Shown here in pieces: positions 37,083 through 46,308 of a DNA stretch of 64,000 bases. The number at the start of each line of letters is the position of its first letter. The stretch's first letter is position 1. The stretch is taken from positions 2,560,001 to 2,624,000 of the forward strand of contig CBDCXR010000004.1 in assembly GCA_965223845.1 (NCBI GenBank), read 5' to 3'. This stretch comes from Planctomycetota bacterium (GTDB lineage: Bacteria; Planctomycetota; UBA8108; SXIK01). The notes under the pieces were generated by a model. It worked only from the letters and a program-made list of their open reading frames with translations. It ran no database searches and was not told where the DNA came from. A program made the position numbers and the translations under genes.

Positions 37083-38180
37083 TCAGCTCCCGGGACGCCG
37101 GCGGGTCGCGCTCCCCTCGGTCTTCTTCGGCGCGTCGTCTTCGACCGGCTTCTGCTCGAGGAGCTTCCCGGGATCGATCAGGACCGGCTTCTGACCGGGC
37201 CCGGGACTCTCCACCTTCGGTCCGGGGAGTCCCTCCGGGCGCTCGAAGAGCTCGTCCTCGAGACCGGCGTTGAACTGAACGCTCCGGTACCGTCGCTCGG
37301 TGTCGAGATCGCCGTCGCCGTAGATCTCCTGCAGCATCGAGAAGTTGATGGCGAGGCCGGAGTCATCCATGAAGGGGATCTTCTTGTAGCGCTTGAAGTA
37401 CTGCTCCCGCTTGATCGGCTTCGACGGATTGCGCGTCGTGTCGCGCCATTCTTTCTTGAGCAGCAGCCCGGTTTCGCGCGAGAAGAAGTAACGCTCGATC
37501 TGTCGCCCCGAGAAGTCGACGATCTTCACGATATCCGCGGACTCGATCTCCTCGCCGGTGTCGATCTCCGCTTCGCCTCCGAGCGTAGCGACGTAGCCGT
37601 CGTCCGCCCAGTGGCAGAAGAAGTCATCCATGTATTTCCCGTGGACGAAGACGAGGAGCGTGTTGCCATCGAGGCGATCCACTCGCCCCATCACTTGAAC
37701 CCATCCTTCTTCCGTCTCGTCGCTGTAGACCTGAACGAATGCGAGCTTCTGCCCCTCCTTGATCTCGTAATTGAGCTCCCACTCTTCGCGCAGGTTGTAG
37801 TCCCCCTTGATCATGAGCGTGATGTCCGCTCGCGCTTCGCTCGTCGGTTGGAAAATCGTGTTCGTATACGAAACCTTTCGGTCCGCGATCTTGTCGAGAA
37901 CCGGTCGACCGCCGATGGCGGTGAGATAGCGATCGATGACGGCGATCGCCTTCGGATCGCTCACGGGACTCGGCTTCCCGTCTTGACCGAAGATCAGAGT
38001 TCCGCCCGCGTCCGCGCCGCTCGCGGTGTCTTGAGCCGTTGCGGTCGGCGCCTGCTCCTGCGCCCCGATGAATCCGCCGGCGACCACCAGCGCCAGTCCG
38101 AACGCTCCGATCAACAGCCGCGCGTAAGCCGGCCCGAAGGGCACTTGCCGCATCTTCATCCTGCTCGAACTCCACTGCAT
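37083..38180 (-). CDS. Secreted protein, LolA/outer-membrane-lipoprotein-sorting-like fold (tentative)
   Basis: Signal/TM segment, 'VIDRYLTAIGG', YFFSRETGLLLK, and a C-terminal 'FNAGLEDELF' typical of LolA-like proteins. Confidence 0.5.
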   Translation of the reverse strand: MQWSSSRMKMRQVPFGPAYARLLIGAFGLALVVAGGFIGAQEQAPTATAQDTASGADAGGTLIFGQDGKPSPVSDPKAIAVIDRYLTAIGGRPVLDKIADRKVSYTNTIFQPTSEARADITLMIKGDYNLREEWELNYEIKEGQKLAFVQVYSDETEEGWVQVMGRVDRLDGNTLLVFVHGKYMDDFFCHWADDGYVATLGGEAEIDTGEEIESADIVKIVDFSGRQIERYFFSRETGLLLKKEWRDTTRNPSKPIKREQYFKRYKKIPFMDDSGLAINFSMLQEIYGDGDLDTERRYRSVQFNAGLEDELFERPEGLPGPKVESPGPGQKPVLIDPGKLLEQKPVEDDAPKKTEGSATRRRPGS

Positions 38181-38529
38181 GGTTGGAACGTCTACTGCGA
38201 TCCGGGCCCGAAGGGCCGGAATGGGAGATCACCGCGGAAGCCGACGCGCGTGACACGCGGATTCGGTTCGCTGCGGCAAGTCGCTTCTGGAGTACCCGGG
38301 TACGAAATCTTCTCGGGAACGATCCCGTTTTCGTCGTCGCGCGCGCCGCTCATCCCGAGGGCGACGCCGGTCCCGCGCCGCTTCGGGCTTCGGCTCACCG
38401 GACGGTGCGCTCACATCACCCGAATCCGTGCCTTTTATCACTCGAACGTCGCCCGCGCAAGCGGCAATCGCTCCCCAACCGGCGGACACGTACGGAGTTA
38501 CCGCAGCCGGAGCGCTCGGTCGGATCGGC

Positions 38530-39723
38530 TCAAAGTCCGGCTTCGCCGGATGGCGACGCAGTCTCGGAGACGGCGGGTACGGTTTCCGACGACCGCTCGG
38601 AGTAGACGAGACTCGACACCTTCGCGGCCGGGATCGGGCGGCGCGTGTGGAGAAACGAGAAGCCCTCGTCGTCGAGCCAAAGCCTGACCGTACTCGCTGG
38701 GACGAAGAGGCCCATGTGAGGAACGACGGTCGGCTGCCGCTTTCCATACGTGTAGATCATGCTCGATACGCCGATCAACTCGCTCCGCTCGGCGCAGAAG
38801 ACTCCGCCGCCCGAGTTTCCGAAGAACGTCGGTGCGTTCAGCATCCAGAAGTTCTGCGATCCGACGCGCTTCGTGCGGGACGAGATCTCGCCGAGAGTGG
38901 GAAGGGGGTGGTTCCCGAGCGGACAGCCGACGGCGTACGCCGGAGAGAAGACGTCGATCTCGCGCATGCGGTCGGGGTCGATCCAGCTCGCGACGAACGG
39001 GAATCGCTCGGTGGAGTTCAGCCGAAGCAGGGCGAGATCGCGCGCCTGATCGAAGAGCACCATGTCCGCGGACTCGGTGCGGAGGATGTCGCTTTCGGGA
39101 CGCGAGGCGATGTGGACCTCGTCGACGGTGCGGGCGTCAGCGCGGTCGCCGGTGACCTCGAGGACGACATGGTGCGCGGTGAGAATAAACGTCGTGTACG
39201 CCGGGATATCGCCCGGTCGCGAAATCGGCTGGAGCTCGCTGTAGACGATGACTCCGCTCCCGACCGTCCCGTTCCCGCGGAGCTGAACCGTCGGGAGAAT
39301 CATCCGCTCGCGCATCTCGCGCGCGTCACGGTCGAGCCGCGCGGACATGCGCTGGATCGCCGACGCCGCGCCGGCGAGGCGCTCGCACTCGGTCTCGAGT
39401 CCCTCGGAGATCGTCCGGTCGTAGCTTGCGAGTCGGTTCTCGATGAAGGTCGCCGTCGAGCGCTGGTTCGCGTCGAGGCGCGCAACCGTCTCGAGGATGG
39501 AATCCCGCTCGCCCCGAAGCTCACTCGCCGAGCGCTCGACGAGACCGCGGAGCTCGCGGTGCGTGTCGAGAGAATGCGCGTGAACGCGGGCGAGGTCGGA
39601 CTCGACCGACGCGCGCGGGCGAAGATCGAAGACGCCGTTCTGAAGCGCGAAGATCAGTGCCACAAGGACGATCAATTTGAGTGTCTCGACCGCACTTGCT
39701 CGGAGCCAGCGCTTCACTTTCAT
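38530..39723 (-). CDS. Membrane-anchored trypsin-like (S1) serine protease with coiled coil
   Basis: GSGV, LTAHHV (His), DLALL (Asp), GNSGGG (Ser); N-terminal TM; no PDZ domain. Confidence 0.88.
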   Translation of the reverse strand: MKVKRWLRASAVETLKLIVLVALIFALQNGVFDLRPRASVESDLARVHAHSLDTHRELRGLVERSASELRGERDSILETVARLDANQRSTATFIENRLASYDRTISEGLETECERLAGAASAIQRMSARLDRDAREMRERMILPTVQLRGNGTVGSGVIVYSELQPISRPGDIPAYTTFILTAHHVVLEVTGDRADARTVDEVHIASRPESDILRTESADMVLFDQARDLALLRLNSTERFPFVASWIDPDRMREIDVFSPAYAVGCPLGNHPLPTLGEISSRTKRVGSQNFWMLNAPTFFGNSGGGVFCAERSELIGVSSMIYTYGKRQPTVVPHMGLFVPASTVRLWLDDEGFSFLHTRRPIPAAKVSSLVYSERSSETVPAVSETASPSGEAGL

Positions 39724-40056
39724 CTCTACTTCCCTCGTCTGAGTCAGAGTGCGGTTCGACCGAAAACACCACCGTCGCTACCGCCCCTCACCTCTCCGAG
39801 CGAGCGGCAAGGTCGGGCTGAGAATACGATGCGCCGATGGCGCGTCGCAAACGGCGCCACCGAGAGCCGAAACGCGGTCGACCCTATAACGGTCGGCTCG
39901 CCGGGCCCGAGAGTCTCACTCGATTCCCGGGCGAAAGCGGTCGTTCCGAGAACTCGATGAGTCTTCGGAATGGTTTCCTCAGGAGATCGAGGCCGCGGAA
40001 CGGTGCTCGGGAGCTCTGCTCTAGCCGATGTCCGCGCCCCGGAGCGGCGTCGCTGC

Positions 40057-42933
40057 TTAGCTCTCGCCGGATGGGCGGTCGTCCGCCGGTCCGTCCGACT
40101 CGAGGACGATGTTGACGAGCCGCTGCGGAACGGCCACCACCTTGCGGATCCGGCGGGGCCCCACGATCTCGCGGATGATGTCTCGCTGGAGTGCGCTCGC
40201 TTCGAGCTTCTCCGCCTTCCAGTCGGCGGAGGTTTCCATGCGATCGCGGATCTTACCGTTCACCAACACCGGGACGACGACGTCGTCGGGTTGGACGAGC
40301 TCTTCGCTCGCCTGGGGCCACTCTTCATCCTCGACGCTCGACTCTTCCCCGAGCTTCTTCCACATCTCCTCGGCGAAATCGGGAACGAGCGGAGTGAGGA
40401 GGATGACGAGAGTCCGGAGCGCGGCGGAGTCCATCTCTTCGATCGTGGTCTCTTTCTGGCCGAGGAATCGGACGAAGTGACACACCGCCGCGATCGCCGT
40501 GTGGATCTGCAGCCGATCGAGACGACGACTCACGGAATCGATGAGTCGGTGCTTCGCGACGAGCATCCGCTGCGAGACGAACTTCCCGTGCTCGTGCCGC
40601 CGGAGGATCTCGCGCCGGACGCGATCGAGAAGCTTCCGCTTGTGGAAGACGCCATGCTCGTCGGCCGTTACGGGGCGGTGGAGTGCGCCGAGCGACAAGA
40701 CGTGCAGGCGAACCGCGTCCGCGCCGTACTTCCGGATCCACTCCATCCAGTCCGGCTCCTCTCCGGACGTGGAACGGACGCGAGCGATGCGCTGGTAGCG
40801 ATGGAACGGCTCGTACACGGGGCATTCGCCGAGGTCGTAGAGGATCTTCGCGATGAGTCGCACGGCGAGCAAATCGCGTGCGGTGAGCGAATCGGGGCCG
40901 AACGTCATGCTGATCGGAAGCGGCGCGAAGCCGTGCTCTTCGCTGAGAAAGGGATGGAGCTTCTTCGGTTCGTCCGCCGAGGGCGCGCGACGCCGATTCG
41001 CCCGGCGACGTCGATCCCGTCGCTCGCTGGCCGGCTCGTTCTCGGGCGCCGCGACCGACGTAGCGGTCTCGCTTCGTTCGGGTTCGACCTCCGCGCCATC
41101 GCCAGACCCCGGAGACTCCACCCGCGAAGGCTCGTCGCCATCGTCCGGTGGAGGCGGATCGTCCGGTGGCGACGGATCGTCCGGCCCTCTCGCGCCGCTC
41201 TCCGTCTCGCGCGAGGCATCGCCATCGTCGGGATTCTCGCGGTCTTCGCTCGAACGAGGTTCGCCCGGATCGTCCGCGTCTCCCACCGCGCCGTTCTCGT
41301 CACCGGGCGGCGATGCGGGTTCGGGGGCGGAGGTCGGATCCTTCGCCTCTTCGAGTTCCTCCGCGGCCTCGGGATGACTCTCCTCCTCCACCGCGCGCAG
41401 TTCGGGTTCACCTCCCGGTTCTCGACTCTCGGCAGAACCGTCCGTCTCGGCTTCGTCGTCGCACTGAAGGTCGGACTCGCCGCCGTCCGGCTCGCCCGAG
41501 AGGCGCGCGAACCCTTCGAGCTCGCCGTCGAGATGCGGCGACACCGCGCGCAGGAAGCTCCACGCGCGTCCGAGCCAAGGGAGGATCACTTGCCCGTCGA
41601 GCTCGGACGCCTCGCCGCACTGGGGACAAGGCGCGTGCGTGTCGGCGTCGGGGTCGGCCCGCCGAGGCAAGGCCGCGGTCGGCACCGGTACGGCACCACA
41701 GCGATCGCAGTGGATCACCGGGATCGGTGCACCGCGCGAAAACCTTCCCGACAGCGGTAGTCGACGAAAGCGAAAACGGGTGACGCGGCGGCAGATCCCG
41801 CGGCGACCGAGGAAGGCGATGATCCGATCGCGCCCCACTTTGACGGCGAGGCTCGTGAACGGTCCGGAGTTCGTCAGAACACCGTCGCCCGTCCAGGCTT
41901 CCGTGAGGCGGCTCGCGGAGTCGAACTTGGCGGCATCGTTGTGAATCACCTCGCGAATCGGGAGCCGCATCTCCTTCGCGAGACGGAAGAGCTCGGGATC
42001 GTGACCCGGAACACCCATCACGACCCCGTCGCTGTACGCGTTGTCCGCGAGCGGGCTCAATAGGATCGGGATGCGCTTGAGCGTCGCCGGATTGATCGCG
42101 AATCCGCCCGTGTGGGTCGCCGATCGTCGCGGGGCGTCGTGACGACGAAGGCGATCGCGATACTTCTCGACCTCGTCGGTGTACGCCCAATCGATGAGCT
42201 CGTCGGCGAGCGGGTTGAACGGACTGACGAGGAGAAACGTCGCCCCGTAGATCGCTTCGCACTGCGTCGTGAAAACGCGCAGCTCCGAGTATTCCGTCTC
42301 AAAGGGACGCGACACCGCAAACGTGATCTCGACGCCGCGCCGCCGCGTGAGGAACTGTCGCTGCCGCGTGCGAAGCTGCGGCGTCCAGCGCGCCTTGTCG
42401 ATGTCGCCGAGAAGGCGCTCGCCGAACGGCTCCGACCAGAGGTACCACCGGGACACGACGCGATCTTCGAACGTGCCGCCGCAGTGGGGACAGTCGAGGT
42501 AGCGGCCCGTGGGCGCCTCGAGCGCGCAGCTCGTACACACGCTTCGGTTCTGCGTGACGTAGCGCGCGAGTCCACGCTCGAGGAGCTGGATGAAGACCCA
42601 CTGCGAAAGCCGGTAGTACGGGGGCGCCGAGGTATCGAAGATGTCGCTCGGTGGCGTGAGTCGAAGCGAAGCGATGAGTTCGGTGAGAAAGCGACGGCCA
42701 CCGTCTTCGTCACCCCCGCTCTCGGCGCCGCCTTCCGCCTCGCGCCCGTCGGCGAACCCGTCGCTCGCCTGGACTAGGAACACCTCGCGCCCGCGGAGAC
42801 GCTGGAAGCGGACCCAGACGTCGGTCGCGAACCAGCGGCGGATGAGATCGCCGTCGAGTTTCCCCGCCCCTTCGCTCCGGGGAACGGGCCAGGCGAAAAC
42901 GGAATGTCTCCCCTTCGGTGAACTGCTCGGCAT
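40057..42933 (-). CDS. Leucyl-tRNA synthetase paralog with degenerate catalytic motifs (probable pseudo-enzyme)
   Basis: LeuRS order is recognisable throughout (YYRLSQW.F, FTT..GATF, TGGFAINP, VMGVPGHD, NSGPF, GAPIPVIHC, YGADAVRL, VNGKIR..KVVAVPQRLVNIV). HIGH reads DGDL and KMSKS is absent. Open frame with an AGGAG RBS. Confidence 0.85.
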   Translation of the reverse strand: MPSSSPKGRHSVFAWPVPRSEGAGKLDGDLIRRWFATDVWVRFQRLRGREVFLVQASDGFADGREAEGGAESGGDEDGGRRFLTELIASLRLTPPSDIFDTSAPPYYRLSQWVFIQLLERGLARYVTQNRSVCTSCALEAPTGRYLDCPHCGGTFEDRVVSRWYLWSEPFGERLLGDIDKARWTPQLRTRQRQFLTRRRGVEITFAVSRPFETEYSELRVFTTQCEAIYGATFLLVSPFNPLADELIDWAYTDEVEKYRDRLRRHDAPRRSATHTGGFAINPATLKRIPILLSPLADNAYSDGVVMGVPGHDPELFRLAKEMRLPIREVIHNDAAKFDSASRLTEAWTGDGVLTNSGPFTSLAVKVGRDRIIAFLGRRGICRRVTRFRFRRLPLSGRFSRGAPIPVIHCDRCGAVPVPTAALPRRADPDADTHAPCPQCGEASELDGQVILPWLGRAWSFLRAVSPHLDGELEGFARLSGEPDGGESDLQCDDEAETDGSAESREPGGEPELRAVEEESHPEAAEELEEAKDPTSAPEPASPPGDENGAVGDADDPGEPRSSEDRENPDDGDASRETESGARGPDDPSPPDDPPPPDDGDEPSRVESPGSGDGAEVEPERSETATSVAAPENEPASERRDRRRRANRRRAPSADEPKKLHPFLSEEHGFAPLPISMTFGPDSLTARDLLAVRLIAKILYDLGECPVYEPFHRYQRIARVRSTSGEEPDWMEWIRKYGADAVRLHVLSLGALHRPVTADEHGVFHKRKLLDRVRREILRRHEHGKFVSQRMLVAKHRLIDSVSRRLDRLQIHTAIAAVCHFVRFLGQKETTIEEMDSAALRTLVILLTPLVPDFAEEMWKKLGEESSVEDEEWPQASEELVQPDDVVVPVLVNGKIRDRMETSADWKAEKLEASALQRDIIREIVGPRRIRKVVAVPQRLVNIVLESDGPADDRPSGES

Positions 42934-43097
42934 CGCTCCTCGAAATCCGGGGCCCGGCGATCGCCCGACCGGCTTGAAACGCGGCGGGGAATGCGTGTAG
43001 GGCCTTGCCCCATCGGCACTTCCACCTAGTCGGCGGCGCGGGAATGGAAGGGGCGAAGATATAGCGGAAGGAGAGGGTGTTCAATGCAAAAACAACC

Positions 43098-43125
43098 TTG
43101 ACAGCTAGACGGCGTCCTCTATGAT
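43098..43125 (+). promoter_or_regulatory. sigma70 promoter of tRNA-Ala
   Basis: TTGACA-16 nt-TATGAT, preceded by an A-rich tract. Confidence 0.75.
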
Positions 43126-43195
43126 TCCTATCCCTAAAGCCGGACGCAGAACGCCTTTACCGCGTCTCGCCCCGCCCGGATCACCGGCCCGATGA

Positions 43196-43271
<76 letters not shown>

Positions 43272-43284
43272 CCGACGGACGAAC

Positions 43285-43314
43285 GAGAGCGAGCCTCGAG
43301 CTCGCTCTTTTTTT
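43285..43314 (+). terminator. Rho-independent terminator after tRNA-Ala
   Basis: AGAGCGAGC-ctcga-GCTCGCTCT stem followed by a T run. Confidence 0.85.
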
Positions 43315-43405
43315 GTTCGATCGGTCGCGTTGGTGGCGATTCGAATTGCGACGCCGCACGCCACCGTCCCTCACCGTACGTGCGGCTGGATCTGGGGAGT
43401 TCCCG

Positions 43406-45667
43406 ATGGTTCTAAAGTTCTCGCTGCACGCCGCGCTGGTCTCGCTCGTCTGGGCGCTGAGCTCGCTCGGCGCGCTCGCTTCGCCACCCGGAGACGGTCC
43501 GGACATTTCCTTTCTCCCCGTTCTCGATTCCTCCTCGTCGGCGCCGGCCGCGGTCGATTACCTCGTCGCGAAGCCGGCGCGACGCGCCGAGGTGTTTCGG
43601 AGCGAAGACGGCCGCGAACTCATCCTGACGAACGGACTCGTCCGGAGAGTCTGGCGCGTACGCCCGGCGGTCGCCTGCGTCGCTTTCGACGAGCTCCGAT
43701 CGAGCCGATCGATTCTCCGCGCGGTCCGACCGGAGGCGCGCCTCATCATCGACGGTGAAACGGCGACGATCGGCGGACTGGCGGGGCAAGTCAACCACGC
43801 CTATCTCACGCCGGAGGGACTCGACGCCCTCAAACTCGACCCGAGCGCGTACCGCTGCGTTCGCATCTCGGTTGGTGAGCCTCGGCCGCGATTCCCGTGG
43901 CGACGCGTCCGTCACCACGCACCGAACGCGGCCTGGCCTCCGCCGGGAGCCTCGCTTCGCTTCGATTTCGTTCCCCCCGAAGACAACACGGCGCTCGCCG
44001 GTGTCGTGGTCTCGGTCCACTACGAGCTCTACGACGGCGTGCCCGTTCTCAGCAAATGGCTCCGCGTATCCAACGGCACGGAACATGCGATCGATGTCGA
44101 TCGGTTCACCCTCGAGATTCTGGCCGTCGTCGAACACGACAATCCGGTCGAGCTCCGCGCAGGAGTGGATCCGCTCCCGCCGGATTCACTCCACGTCGAG
44201 ACGGACTACGCGTTCGGCGGGTTCACCCACCGGAACGCGGCGCGCTTCAGCGTGAGCTGGCGTGCGGATCCGGCGTATCACACGCAGGTCAACTGGGCGA
44301 AGCAGACGCCCTGCCTCCTCGTCGTCGAGCCGACGCGCGGACCGGATCAAACGGTGCCGCCCGGCGAGGTGTTCGAATCGTTCCGCGCCTTCGAGCTCGT
44401 GCACGACTCAAGCGAGCGGGAACGCCGCGGCCTCGCGTTGCGCCGCATGTACCGCACGATCGCGCCGTGGGTCACCGAGAACCCGCTGATTCTCCACGTC
44501 GTGAGCACGGACCCAGACATCGTGCGGCGCGCGATCGACCAAGCGGCGGAGTGCGGGTTCGAGATGGTGAGCCTGAGCTTCGGAAGCGGGCTCAACATGG
44601 AAGACGGATCGGACGAGAACCTCGAGAAGTTTCGCGCTCTCTCCGCGTACGCGGCGGAGCGCGGAATCCATCTCGGAGGGTATTCCCTCCTGTCGAGTCG
44701 ACGCGTGAAGCCCGACGGTGACAACTGCATCCATCCCGAGACCGGAAAGCCCGGCGGACAGACACACGGCTACTGTCCCGCACTCGCCTCGGCCTGGGGA
44801 CAGAGCTACCTGAAGAAGCTCCGCGCGTTTTACGAACGGACCGGGTTTCTTCAGTTCACACACGACGGATCGTACCCCGGCGACTTCGACGCCGCGGCGC
44901 GGCCACCGCTTCAGAAGGGCCTCGACGACTCCCAGTGGGTTCAGTGGCGCGAGATCACGAGCTTCTATCGCTGGCTTCGGTCTCGAGGAGTGTATCTCCG
45001 CGTCCCCGATTACTATTTTCTGAGTGGAAGCAACGAATGCGGTATGGGCTACCGCGAAGTGAACTGGTCCCTCCCGCGCGATCAGCAAGTCATCCACACA
45101 AGGCAGAACATCTTCGACGGAACCTGGGAGAAAACGCCGTCGATGGGCTGGATGTTCGTTCCGCTCACGCAGTACCACGGCGGCGGCGCGGCGGCGACGA
45201 TCGAGCCTCTCGATCAACACATCGAGCACTACGAGCGAATGCTCACGAGCAACCTCGGACTCGGTGTGCAGGCGGTCTACCGCGGGCACCGTCTGTACGA
45301 CACTGATCGCGTGCGCGATCTCGTGACGCGCTGGGTCGCTTGGTACAAGGAGCACCGGTCGATCCTCGAGTCCGATCTCGTCCACGGGCGGCGCGCTGAC
45401 GGTCGTGACCTCGACTGGATGCTCCACGTCGGGCCCGATCTCGAGACGAAGGGGATGCTCGTCGTCTACAACCCGCTGCCGAAGCCACGTCGGCGGACGA
45501 TTTCCGTGCCGCTCTACTACACCGGGATCGCGGAGAAAGCGCGCATCACATCGGATCTCGGCGACGAGACCGATCACGCGCTCGACCGCACGCACCGCGT
45601 CGCACTCGACGTCGAAGTTCCCGCGCGCGCCATGCGCTGGTTCGCCATCCGGAGCGCCGACGAGTGA
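43406..45667 (+). CDS. Secreted alpha-galactosidase-like glycoside hydrolase (GH36/clan-D related)
   Basis: Signal peptide, LTNGLVRR N-terminal domain, RTIAPWVTENP, IDQAAECGFEMV.LSFGSG, HDGSYPGD. Family assigned from recall. Confidence 0.65.
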   Translation: MVLKFSLHAALVSLVWALSSLGALASPPGDGPDISFLPVLDSSSSAPAAVDYLVAKPARRAEVFRSEDGRELILTNGLVRRVWRVRPAVACVAFDELRSSRSILRAVRPEARLIIDGETATIGGLAGQVNHAYLTPEGLDALKLDPSAYRCVRISVGEPRPRFPWRRVRHHAPNAAWPPPGASLRFDFVPPEDNTALAGVVVSVHYELYDGVPVLSKWLRVSNGTEHAIDVDRFTLEILAVVEHDNPVELRAGVDPLPPDSLHVETDYAFGGFTHRNAARFSVSWRADPAYHTQVNWAKQTPCLLVVEPTRGPDQTVPPGEVFESFRAFELVHDSSERERRGLALRRMYRTIAPWVTENPLILHVVSTDPDIVRRAIDQAAECGFEMVSLSFGSGLNMEDGSDENLEKFRALSAYAAERGIHLGGYSLLSSRRVKPDGDNCIHPETGKPGGQTHGYCPALASAWGQSYLKKLRAFYERTGFLQFTHDGSYPGDFDAAARPPLQKGLDDSQWVQWREITSFYRWLRSRGVYLRVPDYYFLSGSNECGMGYREVNWSLPRDQQVIHTRQNIFDGTWEKTPSMGWMFVPLTQYHGGGAAATIEPLDQHIEHYERMLTSNLGLGVQAVYRGHRLYDTDRVRDLVTRWVAWYKEHRSILESDLVHGRRADGRDLDWMLHVGPDLETKGMLVVYNPLPKPRRRTISVPLYYTGIAEKARITSDLGDETDHALDRTHRVALDVEVPARAMRWFAIRSADE

Positions 45668-45808
45668 TCCACGAAAAAACGGAGGTGCGTTGAAACACGC
45701 CCCAAATCCCCGCGTCTGATTTTAAAGACCGTGACACTCCGCGCGGGCAGCCTGTTCCTCGGTTCCTCCGATTCGAGCCGCTGACGGTTCAAAAGGAAAT
45801 CGCCTCAG

Positions 45809-46240
45809 ATGGTCGACCCGGGAACGATCGGAGCCATGACCGCAGCGAACGCAGCGGCAGCGGCTCACGCAGCAGCGGAGCGAGCCCAGGAGGAGGAAGA
45901 ACTGTTGACCCCGTACGACGATGATCCCTCCGCGAGAGATTGGGAGTACAAGATCCTGCGCGCGAACACGGGTGTGTTCAGGAACCCACAAGAACTGAGG
46001 CGGCACCTCGACGAAGAGTCCCAAGCCGGTTGGGAGCTCGTCGAGAAATTCGACGACGCGCGCATCCGTCTCCGGCGCCTCCGGAGCGCCGGGGCCGATG
46101 ACCATCTCCTCTCGTTCGACGCGTACCGAAGTCGTCTCGGGTTTTCCCAGACGAAGCTCGCGCTCTTCACCGTCTTCGGAATCCTCGCCATCGTCTTGAT
46201 CGCCGCGATCGCGATCGCGATCGTGGCCGCAGGCGGCTGA
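45809..46240 (+). CDS. Small membrane protein with DUF4177-like motif
   Basis: WEYKIL....L.EE.QAGWELV motif and a C-terminal TM helix. Start may be ATG 45836. Confidence 0.6.
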   Translation: MVDPGTIGAMTAANAAAAAHAAAERAQEEEELLTPYDDDPSARDWEYKILRANTGVFRNPQELRRHLDEESQAGWELVEKFDDARIRLRRLRSAGADDHLLSFDAYRSRLGFSQTKLALFTVFGILAIVLIAAIAIAIVAAGG

Positions 46241-46308
46241 TTCAGACCATTCAGACGACGCGTGGCGAGCGAGACCGGCACGCCGACCGGCGTGCACTAC
46301 GCCCGCTT

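Noticed and set aside
40057-42933. Calling this gene a functional leuS or a simple pseudogene
   Set aside because: HIGH and KMSKS are lost, so it is not canonical. The frame, RBS, Zn ligands and C-terminal domain are intact, so it is not obviously decayed.
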